A stretch of 64,000 nt of DNA from Octopus vulgaris (GCA_951406725.2 OX597833.1:48484001-48548000); one strand, 5' to 3'; shown: positions 1 through 13,100, numbered from the stretch's first letter. Numbers and translations are program-made. The notes: generated by a model not told the origin, from the letters alone.

Positions 1-300
1 TAAGCCTAGTACTTATTTTATCGGCCTCTTTTGCCGAACCGCTAAGTTACAGGGACATAAACACACCAGCATCGGTTGTCAAACGATGTTGGGAGGACAA
101 ACGCAGACGCACAAACACACACATACATATATATATATATACATATATACGATGGGCTTCTTTCAGTTTCCGTCTACCAAATCCACTCACAAGGTTTTGG
201 TCAGCCCGAAGCTATAGTAGAAGACACTTGCCCAAGGTGCCACGCAGTGGGACTGAACCCAGGACCATGTGGTTGGTAAGCAAGCTACTTACCACACAGC
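1..300 (-). mobile_element. SINE family A (tRNA-like head, internal microsatellite), cut by the window edge
   Basis: Matches the family consensus ggctgtgtggtaagtagcttgc...gggttcagtcccactgcgtggcaccttgggcaag... Confidence 0.85.
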
Positions 301-1245
301 CAAAGCTTGAAGAAAAGAAAAGTATCCTCTTCTTTTCATGTTTTCTTGCCCGTCCCTTTTTTTACCTATGTACCTCTCACTATACCCTTCAGTTATTTCT
401 CTTTGTCTGACTCTCTGTCTCTGTCTGTCTGTCTCTCCCTTTCTGTCTCTTCAACTTACCAATGCTGTTATTTTTATGAACACTACTTCTCTTGATACAT
501 TTGCTGTTAGTCTTTTGTGCAAAATATCATGAATTTGCCACATGAAAATACTCAGCAATCGAAATTCATGCTAGTTGACACTACCTCAACTTGTACGTTT
601 TTTAATTATTTTGCTTCAGTTTTACCCTAGTCTACACAATATGCATTATCATATCAACCATTCATAGATCTTCTGAAACAGCTGTAAAGACAAGACTTGC
701 TTACATCATGCAATTTATACTTACAATTCTTTATATCCATTGTCCTTTTTGACATACATTCAATTTTAGTCATCCTTCTAGCCAAATTTTCTATTTGCAA
801 CTATCTCACCTTGATGAAGCAAATTGACCCAAGTACTTAGTTTAACTCTGGTTCTTATTCTATTGAGTCTCTTTTGCTGAACTGCTAACTTACCTAACCT
901 TCAAGGATGTAAACAAACCAACACTGGTTGTGAAGCAGTGGGGGTGCAAACAAAAAGACAATATATATATATTTATATATATATCAATACATATGACTGG
1001 CTTCCACACAGTTTCAATCCACCAAATTCACTCTGAAGAAGTTATAATGGAAAACACTTGCCCAAGATTTTGTGCAATGGGACTGAACCTGAGACAAGGT
1101 GTTTGCAGAGCAAGTTTCTTAACTACACAACAATGTAAAAAATATTCCTAGCAAACTATATAAGTAGCAAGTTAACTCTTTATTTTACTTAGTATTTCTT
1201 TTCTATAATTTTTCTTTCTCCTTTGAAATGATATTCCTTATATAA

Positions 1246-1655
1246 AGGCGGCGAGCTGGCAGAAACGTTAGCACGCCGGGCGAAATGCGTAGCCGTATTT
1301 CGTCTGCCGTTACGTTCTGAGTTCAAATTCCACCGAGGTCGACTTTGCCTTTCATCCTTTCGTGGTCATCAATTATATCGACTCAAAATAAATACAGTAA
1401 TGAAAGGGTTAAGGGAATGGATTTTATCAACAACTAGGGTAGAGTTAGGAAGAATAGATCAAGATATATAATTTGGTTCAACCCATCATGTAATCATGAA
1501 GTGCCTAATTAACGGTATAGTATAGAAGATGAAAGATATGGACACAGATGCGAAAAACCAAAGAAAAAAGGGGTCGATATAATTGATGTAATCCATTTGT
1601 CTGTCCTTGTTTGTCCTCTCTGTGTTTAGCCCCTTGTGGATAGTAAAGAAATAGG
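1246..1655 (+). mobile_element. SINE family B (Deu/Nin-domain-like), interrupted by an inverted templated insert
   Basis: ggcggcgagctggcagaaacg head, B box gagttcaaattcc, central gcctttcatcctttcg; the second half resumes at 1571. Confidence 0.8.
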
Positions 1656-1923
1656 TATTCCTTATATCTTCATTTAATTATTTTCATTCTTTAAGCAGCT
1701 CCTCTGTGTTGATAAAGAGCAATAACCCAGAAACTAGTATGCAGATGTTGTTTTGCACTTGATGGGAGTGCTGAGCTCCCTGTTCGAAAATATAAGGACA
1801 TAGATAGCGTGTCATGTAGCCAGCTAGAAACGATGTTTCTTGGGGCTAAAACAACGGTAACATTGTCCTTTTCAGGACAGCCTCATTATTTTGGCAAATA
1901 GTATTTCTTTTAATTTCTCTTAA

Positions 1924-2545
1924 TCATCATCATCATCATCATCATCGTTTAATGTCTGGTTTCTATGCTGGCATGAGTTGGACGGTTTGATTGAGGACTG
2001 GCGGGCCATATGACTGTACCAGACTCCAATCTGATCTGGCAGAGTTTCTATGGCTAGATGCCCTTCCTAATGCCAACCACTCTGAGAGCGTAGTGGGTGC
2101 TTTTACGTGTCACCGGCATGAGGGTCAATCAGGTGGTACTGGTGACAGCCATGTTCAAAATGGAGTTTTTTTATGTGCCATCTGCACAGGAGCCAGTCCA
2201 GTGGTCCTGGCTCAAATGGTATTTTTTATGTGCCACTTGCACAGGAGCCAGGCCATCAGCACTGGCAACGACCTCACTCGAATGTTGCTTTTCATGTGCC
2301 ACCAGCACAAGTGCCAGTAAAGTGACACTGGTAACAATCACACTTCAATGGTGCTTTTTATGTGCCCCTGGCACAGGAACCAGTCAGCGGCCCTGGCAAA
2401 CAATCATGCTCGGATGGTGCCAGTCAGGTGGTGCTGTCATCGGGCCACGTCAGCGAATTTGATTTTGATTGTGATTTCACTTGCCTCAACAGGTCTTCGC
2501 AAGCAAAGTTTAGTGTCCAACAAAAGCAAGGTATGCATAAGTAGG
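1924..2545 (-). mobile_element. RTE 3'-UTR-only copy (family C) with multiple hairpin modules
   Basis: (CAT)n-cgtttaa...ggatgcccttcctaatgccaaccac...; similar copies at 3862-4142, 15041-15455, 55560-55850, 57030-57285, 62570-62712, 62800-63050 (minus) and 41360-42010 (plus). Confidence 0.8.
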
Positions 2546-2727
2546 CTGTCCTTTCACGAACCCTATTTTCTTTGAATCTGCTCATCTTTCAGTCTTCCTT
2601 TTTTTTCCTATCTCCATTCTTTCTACTGCCCTGTCTATCTCTCTGTGTGTTTTTTCTTTTTATTAGATTCCTTCCTGTCCACTTTTCATTCTTCAGTTTC
2701 TAACAGTTATTCATTTATCTCTTTCAG

Positions 2728-3245
2728 AATCACAGAAATATGCTGAGGGTGCTAAAAAGAATTCCCGTCCATTTTTCCACGCCGATGCTATTTTAACCAT
2801 TCCCAGTATTACTGTCCAACCAGCCCTTGATGAAATACAACAAGTCATCAACAGAGCTGTTCATATGATTGTTGGCGTGCACAAACATGTTGCCCACTGG
2901 TCGAAACAGCCACCCAAATTTATGAAGGTCAAGGTGAAAAGTGGAACTAATATCGTTGGTCCATTTTTAACAACTTCCGCAACAGAAGCAGCAGCAATGT
3001 CAAGCGTGTCTTTTGCTATGGAAAGCCAAGAAAGACTAACGAGTCTGAGTACTAATGATTTATCAGAAAGTGTGCACAGTGACCCATTCACAAAGAGCAG
3101 TCACAGTCGAGTTGATCCTGATAACTCTACAGAGATTTCCAGCATACAGCCTTTGTCCAAAAGTTATTACAAATGTATATCGGAGAATAAAGACATTGCA
3201 AAACTGGTCTCATTACTGTCAACGTCCATAAACTCAACGAAAAAG
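2728..3245 (+). CDS. DNAH5: Dynein heavy chain, exon 1 in window (tail region)
   Basis: ctttcag| acceptor; peptide ...PFFHADAILTIPSITVQPALDEIQQVINRAV...YYKCISENKDIAKLVSLLSTSINSTKK; donor AAG|gtaaat. Confidence 0.88.
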
Positions 3246-3323
3246 GTAAATCTTGATTTTTATGTAAGAGAGAGAGGGAGAGAAAGAGAAAAATTCATCT
3301 ATAATATTCATTTTATATCTTAA

Positions 3324-3624
3324 CTAGCACTATGACCCGGCAACTGTCCAAATTTCCGACCAATCACATACAGCTAGCTGGCATTCAATTGGCCTATCAA
3401 GTTTCGGGCATTTTGATTGGGTTTTGGATAGAAAATTCACAAAAAAGTCACTTCTATTGATTTTTTAATGGCTTTGCCGGGTGACTGGGGAAATGTAAAG
3501 ATGTGCACGGCCACCCTTGGACGGTTTTGAATGACCATAGAAAGTGCGAGCCCTCTAACGGAAAAATTGTGGATTTGTATAAAGGACACACACACAGACA
3601 TTTTGCCGTTTATATATATAGAGA
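3324..3624 (-). mobile_element. Non-autonomous Helitron-like element; similar element at 26001-26343
   Basis: Reverse strand begins atctctatatatataaa and ends ...ccggg...gctagt. Confidence 0.65.
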
Positions 3625-4738
3625 TAAACTATAGCCAGTCGCTTATCACAGCAATTTTTGAGGGTAAATCTAACAGGAGAATGTTTTAACTTGGTGCAGA
3701 ATAAACGTTACTGAGAGCCTTGCTTTCTTTTTTCTTTGGCTTTCGCATTTATATCCATATCTTTCATCTTCTATACTATACCATTAATTAGGCACTTCAT
3801 GATTACATGATGGGTTAAACCAAATTATATATCGTGATCTATTCTTCCTAACTCTGCCCTATCATCATCATCATCATCATGTAACGTTCGCTTTCCATGC
3901 TGGCATCGGTTGAACGGTTCAACTAGGGTCTAGGAAGCCAGAAGGCTGCACCAGGCCCAGTCTGATCTGGCAGTGTTTCTACGGCTGGATGCCCTTCCTA
4001 ACGCCAACCACTCCAAGAGTGTAGTGGGTGCTTTTTACGTGCCAGACGAGGCTGGCAAACGGCCACGATCGGATGGTGCTTTTTTTGTGCCACCGGCACG
4101 GAGACCAGGCGAAACTGGCAACGGCCACGGTCGGATGGTGCTTAGTTGTTGATAAAATCCATTCCCTTAACCCTTTCATTACCGTATTTATTTTGAGATG
4201 TTCTGTTTTTCTTTCAGTTATTTTTGATATAACAAAGAATTTAGTAAAATGACTTAGTTATCGCGCGCGCGCGCGCGCGTGTGTGTGTGCGTGTGTGCGT
4301 GTGTGTGTGTTGAAGCAAATATTGAACCCAAAAACTGTTTTGACAAGATTGTTCAATGCAAAGTCCACTACATATACAGAAAAAACCCCCACAATTTCCT
4401 ATATTTTCCCTATATTGCCCTATATTTTCTCTGTTTTTCCCATCGCTGTTTTTAATTAGGAAGAATATATTTAACATCGTTATTGAAGGCGCGTGTATAG
4501 ACCAATTAAATTAGAATTAGTCATTGACTAATATTGTTTTATTCTCATTGCACAATAAAATACAGTAAATAAACAAGCAGGATGTTGTAGGCATGAAAAC
4601 AATAGACAAATAACTGATAAAGAACAATAGAAAAACCTATTATTGACAGCTACCTGGAATGGGGCTAATTAGAATATATTGCTTTGGCTAGTAATTAAAC
4701 ACTTACAGTAGATTTAAAAAGTCTTTCTTTATTATATA

Positions 4739-5335
4739 CTTCTTTACTACCCACAAGGGGCTAAACATAGAGGGGACAAGCAAGGACAGACAAAGGGATT
4801 AAGTCGATTACATCGACCCTAGTGCGAAATTGGTACTTTATTTATCGACCCCGAAAGGATGAAAGGCAAAGTCGACCTTGGCGGAATTTGAACTCAGAAC
4901 GTAGCGGCAGACGAAATACCTATTTCTTTACTACCCACAAGGGGCTAAACATAGAGGAGACAAGCAAGGACAGATAGAGGGATTAAGTCGATTACATCAA
5001 CCATAGTGCGAAACTGGTACTTTATTTATCGACCCCGAAAGGATGAAAGGCAAAGTCGACCTCGGCGGAATTTGAACTCAGAACGTGGCGGCTGACGAAA
5101 TACCTATTTCTTTACTACCCACAAGGGGCTAAACATAGAGGGGACAAGCAAGGACAGACAAAGGGATTAAGTAAATTACATCGACCCTAGTGCGAAACTG
5201 GTACTTAATTTATCGACCCCGAAAGGATGAAAGGCAACATCGACCTCGGCGGAATTTGAACTCAGAATGTAACGGCAGACGAAATACAGCTATGCATTTC
5301 GCCTGGCGTGCTAACGTTTCTGCCAGCTCACCTCC
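4739..5335 (-). mobile_element. SINE family B trimer (one head plus three ~180-nt bodies)
   Basis: Three tandem tctttactacccacaaggggctaaac...ggaatttgaactcagaac units. Confidence 0.85.
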
Positions 5336-5532
5336 TTATCTTCCTTTATTATAAAGATGGTGGTTGTTGGACTCCTTTGTTGCTTCAATGAATGACAGTT
5401 CAACAGGAAACAGCTGTACAGACTTCTTAGTGCAATGTTTCGCTGTGTCATCTCATGTGGAAATTCAGGATTTGCAGATCCAGTTGTGGACAATGCAGTA
5501 GTGATTTCCATCATTTAGTGGTAGATTAGATA

Positions 5533-5950
5533 AGGCGGCAAGCTGGCAGAAACATTAGCACGCCAGGCGAAATGTGTAGCCGTATTTCGTCTGCCGTTAT
5601 GTTCTGAGTTCAAATTCCGCTGAGGTCGACTTTGCCCTTCATCCTTTTGGGGTCGATAAATTAAGTACCAGTTATGCACTGGGGTCGATGTAATCGACTT
5701 AATCCCTTTGTCTGTCCTTGTTTGTCCCCTCTGTGTTTAGCCCCTTGTGGGTAGTAAAGAAATAGGTTTTTCGTCTGCCGCTACATTCTGAGTTCAAATT
5801 CTGCCAAGGTCAACTTTGCCTTTCGTCCTTTTGGGGTCGATAAATTAAGTAACAGTTATGCACTGGGGTCAATGTAATCGACTTAATCCCTTTGTCCATG
5901 CTTGTTTGTCCTCTCTGTGTTTAGCCCTTTGTGGGTAGTAAAGAAATAGG
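5533..5950 (+). mobile_element. SINE family B dimer with target site duplication
   Basis: ggtagattaga direct repeat at both ends; two bodies containing ctttcatccttttggggtcgataaattaagtaccag. Confidence 0.85.
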
Positions 5951-6159
5951 TAGATTAGACCTGGCTCTATTATGCTAAACTTTTTTTCTCTTTCATAATG
6001 TTGGCAGCCTGACAGTTGAAAATGGCTTGGTAGCAAAAGCTTCTCCACAGAGCTCTATTTGGTGCTACCAATTCCCATGTCTTCAGATTTAACCTCAGGT
6101 TTTCTAGCAGGTCTTTAGAGTTTCCTTATAACAAAGCAGTGGGTGGCCTTTGTACCTAG

Positions 6160-6375
6160 CATTCCAAAGACTGGAGCAGTTTGAATAGGAAACAATGCCT
6201 CACCCACCATATTCACCTGACATTGCCCCATCTGATTATCATTTATTCTGCAGTCTTCAAAATCATTTGGGCAGAAAAAATACGATTTCTGTAAACGAGG
6301 TCAGAATAGTACTGGAGGAGTATTTTTCGTCACAGACAAATGAATTTTGGTAGAGGGGCCTTGCAAGTTTCCCAG
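6160..6375 (+). mobile_element. Mariner transposase C-terminal remnant
   Basis: From 6195: MPHPPYSPDIAPSDYHLFCSLQNHLG (mariner YSPDLAPxD motif); stops nearby. Confidence 0.85.
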
Positions 6376-6692
6376 TGACCTAAGCTAGCCATAGAAGTGA
6401 CTTCTATGCATACCACACAGCCAATTCATCTCAGTTGTGCAATGATAAGGAATGTCACATAATGGCTATGTTTTATTTAAAAGTGTGATGTAAAATCCAT
6501 GAATATTCTGAGTGTAATTAAGAATCTCTTATTTCTACGATTTCTGTTTGTTATTAAAATGACATTTGAAGGAAGAACATTTTATTCCACATTACCACAC
6601 TTCACCCAAAAGCTGCAAATATCAAGTGGATCATCTGTTATTTATTATGCAAAAATCTCAGGCTTTGGGGTGCGGTTAAGGAGCTTGTTTGT

Positions 6693-7110
6693 TATTTCTT
6701 TACTGCCCATAATAGGGCTACACATAGAGGGGACAAACAAGGACAGACAAAGGGATTAAGTCGATTACATCAACCCCAGTGTGTAACTGGTACTTAATTT
6801 ATCGACCCCGAAAGGATGAAAGGCAAAGTCAACCTCGGCGGAATTTGAACTCAGGACATAGTGGCAGATGAAATACCTATTTCTTTACTACCCACAAGGG
6901 GCTAAACACAGAGAGGACAAAAAAGGACAGACAAAGGGATTAAGTCGATTATATCGACTCCAGTGCATAACTGGTACTTATTTAATCGACCCTGAAAGGA
7001 TGAAAGGCAAAGTCAACCTCAGTGGAATTTGAACTCAGAACGTAGCGGCAGACGAAATACCGCTAAGCATTTCGCCCGGCGTTCTAACATTTCTGCCAGC
7101 TCACTGCCCT
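6693..7110 (-). mobile_element. SINE family B dimer
   Basis: Same two-body structure; other copies at 16197-16425, 19320-19722 (plus) and 43620-43830, 57680-58106 (minus). Confidence 0.8.
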
Positions 7111-7552
7111 TTTAAGGAGCTTCTTTGTAATCACATGATTTTAAGTTCAGTCCCAGTATGTGACACTTTGGGCATGTGTTTTCTACTATAGTTCTCGGCT
7201 GACTAATGTTTATCGGGTGAATCTGGTTGACGGAGACCGTGTGGAAGCCTGTCATCTATACACATGTGTGTGTATGTTTTTGTGTATGTATGTATATGTG
7301 TATATGTGTTTGTGTGTGTTTGTCACCACCACATACACTTGACTACCACTTGACGACTGGTATTGGTTTGTTTATGTCCCTGTAATTTAGTGGTTTAGCA
7401 AAAGAACAGAATAAGTGCTAGATTAAATAAAAAAACAAAAAAAAACAAACTAAAAGATATAAGTAGTGGGAACAAGTTTGACTAAAACCTTTCAAGATGG
7501 TGTCACAGCATGGCTGCTGACCAGTGATATGTTAGAAGATATGTTAAAGATA

Positions 7553-7752
7553 TACTCTTTTACTTGTTTCAGTCATTTGACTGTGGCCATGCTGGAGCAC
7601 CGCTGTTAGTCGAGCAAATTGACCCCAGCACGTATTCTTTGTAGGCCTAGTACTTATTCTATCAGTACCTTTTGCCGAACCGTTAAGTTACAGGGGCCTA
7701 AACACACCAGCATCGGTTGTCAAGCGATGTTGGGGGGACAAACATACACACA

Positions 7753-7831
<79 letters not shown>

Positions 7832-7995
7832 GACGGGCTTCTTTCAGTTTCCGTCTACCAAATCCACTCACAAGACTTTGGTTGGCCTGAGGCTATAGTA
7901 GAAGACACTTGCCCAAGGTGCCACGCAGTGGGACTGAACCCGGAATTATGTGGTTGGTAAGCAAGCTACTTACCACACAGCCACTCCTACGCCTA
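7553..7995 (-). mobile_element. SINE family A, full length
   Basis: Head with A/B-box-like motifs, central (TA)n(TG)n, (gtaaaaga)n-like tail; flanked by a tatgttagaagatat-like direct repeat. Confidence 0.85.
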
Positions 7996-8557
7996 TATGT
8001 TAGAAGATATCTTAGATATGTTAGAACATTGTACTGAGAAAGATATTTGTTTCTTAATCTCTTCCTGCCTATAAACCAGATCTGAAGTACATTTGGTTAA
8101 ATTGATCAACTTAGAAATTACCAACTTAGAATTGCTGCAGACTTTGATATTTCTATTAAACAATCTATAAATTCGTTGAATATCGGAGTTTTAAAAAGGT
8201 TGAAAGAGAAAATGAAACAAGAGAATTCCAAAATAATTTGGTTTTCATATAAGAATGCTAAAAAGTACAGAGTACAAGTGACTTGATCTGAGATTGTGTG
8301 CTGAAACAAAAACAATTCCAGTGTGGAAGGTGTTTATAAACCATTTAAAAAACACGCAAAAACTGTTAGCTTCACTTCATGAAGCTAACAGTTTTTGCGT
8401 GTTTTTTACTTTCTTCTCTGTATAATATTCGACGCTTTCGAAAACAAAAGAAGTTTATTTATACACACATATATATATATTTACTTGTTTATATGAAAGC
8501 ATGCATGTGTATATGTGTATATATCTATATCTATCTACCTCTCTCTCTCTCTCTCAC

Positions 8558-8608
<51 letters not shown>

Positions 8609-8611
<3 letters not shown>

Positions 8612-9321
8612 TAGACCCAGGAAAACCTGGGACGAGGTGGTGAAGCACGACCTTCAAACTTTAGGTCTCACCGAGGAAATGACTAGAGACCGAGACCTAT
8701 GGAAGCATGCTGTGCGTGAGAAGACCTGGCAGGACAAGTGAGGCCATAATCCCGTGGCCTACACCTGGGATGTAGCCAGCCCACTTATGCATTCCTTTCC
8801 TTCCTGGGACACAAAACTCCACTTGTGAAGACCTGTTGAGGCAAGAGAAAATCAAAATCAAAATCGCAATCTATCAACATCAATGGAATTTGTAGCTGTG
8901 ATACCGTTGCCAGTGCCGCCCGACTGGCCTCCATGCCGGTGGCACATAAAAAGAACCATCCGACCGTGTCCGTCTGCCAGCCTTGTCTGGCACCTGTGTT
9001 GGTGGCACATAAGAGAACCATCCGAACGTGGCCGTTGCCAGTGCCGCCCGACTGGCCTCCATGCCAGTGGCACATAAAAAGAACCATCCGACCGTGTCCG
9101 TCTGCCAGCCTCGTCTGGCACCTGTGTCGGTGGCACGTAAAAAGCACCCACTACACTCTCGGAGTGGTTGGCATTAGGAAGGGCATCCAGCTGTAGAAAC
9201 ACTGCCAGATCAGACTGGGCCTGGTGCAGCCTTCTGGCTTCCCAGACTCCAGTTGAACCATCCAACCCATGCTAGCATGGAAAACGGACGTTAAATAATG
9301 ATGATAATGATGATGATGATA
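8609..9321 (+). mobile_element. RTE-clade LINE 3' end, same family
   Basis: GRPRKTWDEVVKHDL...REKTWQDK* followed by the hairpin-repeat 3' UTR and (GAT)n. Confidence 0.88.
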
Positions 9322-9992
9322 TCCCCCCATTTATTACTTTTGTAAGATTCTTGATATGTAAACATGTGTTTCAACACATATTGTTTTACTTGGGAATGGT
9401 CATCTTTTTAATTGGCAAAGATAGCCATCCCCAAGTAGAACCATCCCCAAGTAGGCAAATATATATTAGTATAAATATATGTATGTATGTATGTATATAT
9501 AAAGTCACTTAATATTTTATATTCAATATTTCATCTATTCAATAAGACAATCAATACTTCATTTCATTTTACTATATATACTATTTATTCTATATTCTAC
9601 ATTAATATCATCACGTGATCACGTGACCGACCAGACCATCAGATGTTGTTATACATCGCTGGTCACAATGCGTTCGCATTGTTTTAGCCTTCGAATGACG
9701 CCACCCCACTGGCTAAGCGAGCAGGCCAACAGAAGAAAGAGTAGGAGAAAGTGTGGTGAAAGAGTACAGCAGGGATCACCACCCCCTGCCGGAGCCTCGT
9801 GGAGCTTTTTAGGTGTTATCGCTCAATAAACACTCACACCAGTCTGGGAATCGAAACCGCGATCCTACGACCGCGAGTTCGCTGCGCCTCCACACATTAA
9901 TATTATAAAGAATATAAATATAACATAAAAAACAGAGTTGGAATTCCTTGGAATAATATACGTCCCTCTATACACAATCATACAAACCCTTT

Positions 9993-10024
<32 letters not shown>

Positions 10025-10172
10025 TGTATGTATGTATGTATGTATGTATGTATGTATGATGTGTGTATGTATGTATGTATGTATGTATATATATATATAT
10101 ACATATACATATACATATATACATATACATATATACATATACATATATACATATACATATATACATATATAC

Positions 10173-10211
<39 letters not shown>

Positions 10212-10242
10212 CATCAATACTAGGATAATTCATTCACCTACT

Positions 10243-10284
<42 letters not shown>

Positions 10285-10321
10285 CATCAATACTAGGATA
10301 ATTCATTCACCTACTTAAATA

Positions 10322-10352
<31 letters not shown>

Positions 10353-11544
10353 GAAAAAGAGAATGGCTGTAGTTGGAGATGTCAGTCAGTTTTGATATAC
10401 ATTCAGACAGTGAGGCAGTGAATATATTGGTGACTGTGTCAGTCGTGGTAAGAAAGACCAGGCTGATACTGCTTGTGTCAATGCTGGTGGTGGTGGTGGT
10501 GGTGGTGGTGATGGTGGTGGTGGTGGTGGTGAGGAGGATAATTACAGTTGTAGGTGATAATTACAGCTGTAATAGCAGATGATATTACTGCTGCTACTGT
10601 TAGTGTTGTTGCTGCTGCTGATGATGATGATGAATTTTTTTCCACATTATTGTGGAGTAAATTGTACAATGGATTTTACAAGTGGTGATAAAGAGTGATA
10701 GTAAGCAGCCTGTTAGTCATTGAGTTGGTGGTGATAATATGGTAGCGATGTTGTCGGTGGTGTTGGTGTTGAATGGACAGAGTGAAGACATGAGTGATAC
10801 TGGGCAACGATGATGGTGGTGGTGGTGGTGGTGGTGGTGGTGGTGGTGGTGGTGATGGGTGTGGTTGTGGTGGTGGTGATTAGATGGTGGTGGCGGTGGT
10901 GGTGGTTGTGGTGGTGGTGATTAGATGGTGGTGGCGGTGATGATTGATGATGGTGGTGGTGGTGATGATGATGGTGGTGGTGGTGGTGGTGGTGGTGGTG
11001 GTGGTGGTGTTGTTGGTGGTGGTGGTGGTGGTGGTGGTGGTGGTGGTGGTGGTGATGTTGGTGGTGGTGGTGGTGATGATATTGTTGATACTGACTCTTT
11101 TGTCACCAACTCTTTTGTAGCCGATCCTTATTTCTATTGATACAAACTTCCTATTTTAAAGCGATCTAAATGTCATGTTAATCTGTGTTCCAAATACTAT
11201 CCTAATAACAGTTTCTGGTTTAGACACAAGGCCAGCAATTTTGTGAGATGGATGCAAGTTGATTATGTCAATGCCAGTACTTGCCTGGTCCTTTATTTTA
11301 TTGCCCCTGAAAAAAACAAAAACAAAACAAAAGGCAAAGCTCAACTTAACTGGATTTGAACTCAGAATGTAAGGATCTGGAAGAAATGCCATAGAGCATT
11401 TTGTCCAGCTCGCTGCCTACTCTGAATCAGTACTGTTTTTTTTATTGGCCCTGAAAGGTTGGATGGCTAAGTTGACCTTGGCAGGATTTCAAATCAGAAT
11501 ATAAAGAGCTGGAAGAATTGCCACTGAGCATTTTGCCCAGCATA

Positions 11545-11955
11545 CTAACCTGGACACTAAAGAAAGCTGACCAGAAGAGAATTAATGCATTCGAGCTTTG
11601 GTGTTGGAGAAGACTTTTAAGGATTCCATGGACAGCGAGGCTCACCAATGGAGAAGTTCTTAAGCAGATCAGGTCGAAAATATCACTAGAAGCTAGGATC
11701 ACCAAGCATAGATTGGCATATTTCGGTCATATTATGCGGAGAAAATCCCTGGAGAAGGACAACATGCTCGGAATGGTCAGTGGCAAGAGAGGAAGAGGCC
11801 GACCAAGAACCCGCTGTCTTGACACCATCAAGAGTGATACCGGAATGGACATAGCCAATCTGAAAGAAGCGGCCCAGGATAGACCTGACTAGCGGACACT
11901 GATCCAATGAGTAACCGAGAGTCGACTTCGACTGAGCGGATAGATAGATAGATAG
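11545..11955 (+). mobile_element. RTE/BovB-like LINE 3' fragment with (GATA)n tail
   Basis: WTLKKADQKRINAFELWCWRRLLRIPWTARLTN...RLAYFGHIMRRKSLEKDNMLGMVSGKRGRGRPR. Confidence 0.88.
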
Positions 11956-12697
11956 ACTAACGATTCTACCAGTTTCTTAATGATCACAAAATGGCTCAGT
12001 GTTTAAAGTATTGGGCTCGCAATCTTGAGGTAGTGAGTTCAATTCCTGGACCAGGTGGTGTGTTGTGTTCTTGAGCGAACCACTTTATTTCACACTGCTC
12101 CAGTTCACTCAGCTGTTAAAATGAGATGCAACATCACTGTATTGGCCTTTGCCTTTCCCTTTTACAACATTAGTGGCACAGAGAGGGAAACCTGGTATGC
12201 AAGGGCAACTGCTGGTCTTCCATAATCAAATATGGCCAGACTTGTACCTTGGTGTGGAAGTTTCTAGGTGCAATCCCATGGTCATTCATGACCAAAGGGG
12301 GACTTTATTCTTCTTAGTTATTGTACTAACTTCTTTATTATCTCAAAATTAGATGAGAAAAAAATACAGAGGTGGTGGAGGACACAAGATATTTCAACAG
12401 AAATATGGTTACACACACAAACACACACATGATAAGCTTCTTTCAGTTTCCTTGTACCAAATCCACTCAGAAGGTTTTGCTTAGCCCAATGCTATAGTCA
12501 AAAATACTTGCCCAATGTGCCACTCAGTGGGACTGAACCCAGGACCATGTGCTAATGTTGCTATTCATATTTAACTTCTAGTCAGTCATAATTCAAGTTA
12601 AAAGCTTTCAGGTCAGGCCGTGACCAAGGCCATTTTGAGTCCAGGAATAGTGTATCTAGGACTACACTTGTCATTATCCTTTACCAAAATGAAAGAG

Positions 12698-13100
12698 TAG
12701 GAGTGGCTGTGTGGTAAGTAGCTTGCTTACCAACTACATGGTTCCGGGTTCAGTCCCACTGCGTGGCACCTTGGGCAAGTGTCTTCTAATATAGCCTCGG
12801 GCCGACCAAAGCCTTGTGAGCGGATTTGGTAGATGGAAACTGAAAGAAGCCCGTCGTATATATGTATATATGTATGTGTATGTGTTTGTGTGTCTGTGTT
12901 TGTCCCCCCAACATCACTTGACAACCGATGCTGGTGTGTTGTCCCCATCACTTAGCGGTTCGGCAAAAGAGACCGATAAAATAAGTACTAGGCTTACAAA
13001 GAATATGTCCTGGGGTCGATTTGCTCGACTAAAAGGTGGTGCTCCAGCATGGCCACAGTCAAATGACTGAAACAAGTTAAAGAGTAAAAGAGTAAAGAGA
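12698..13100 (+). mobile_element. SINE family A, full length
   Basis: aggagtggctgtgtggtaag...caagttaaagagtaaaagagtaaagag. Confidence 0.85.

Noticed and set aside
76-279. Recurrent peptide DGLLSVSVYQIHSQGFG.PEAIVEDTCPRCHAVG as a multi-copy small protein family
   Set aside because: Antisense translation of SINE family A; frames and stops vary between copies.
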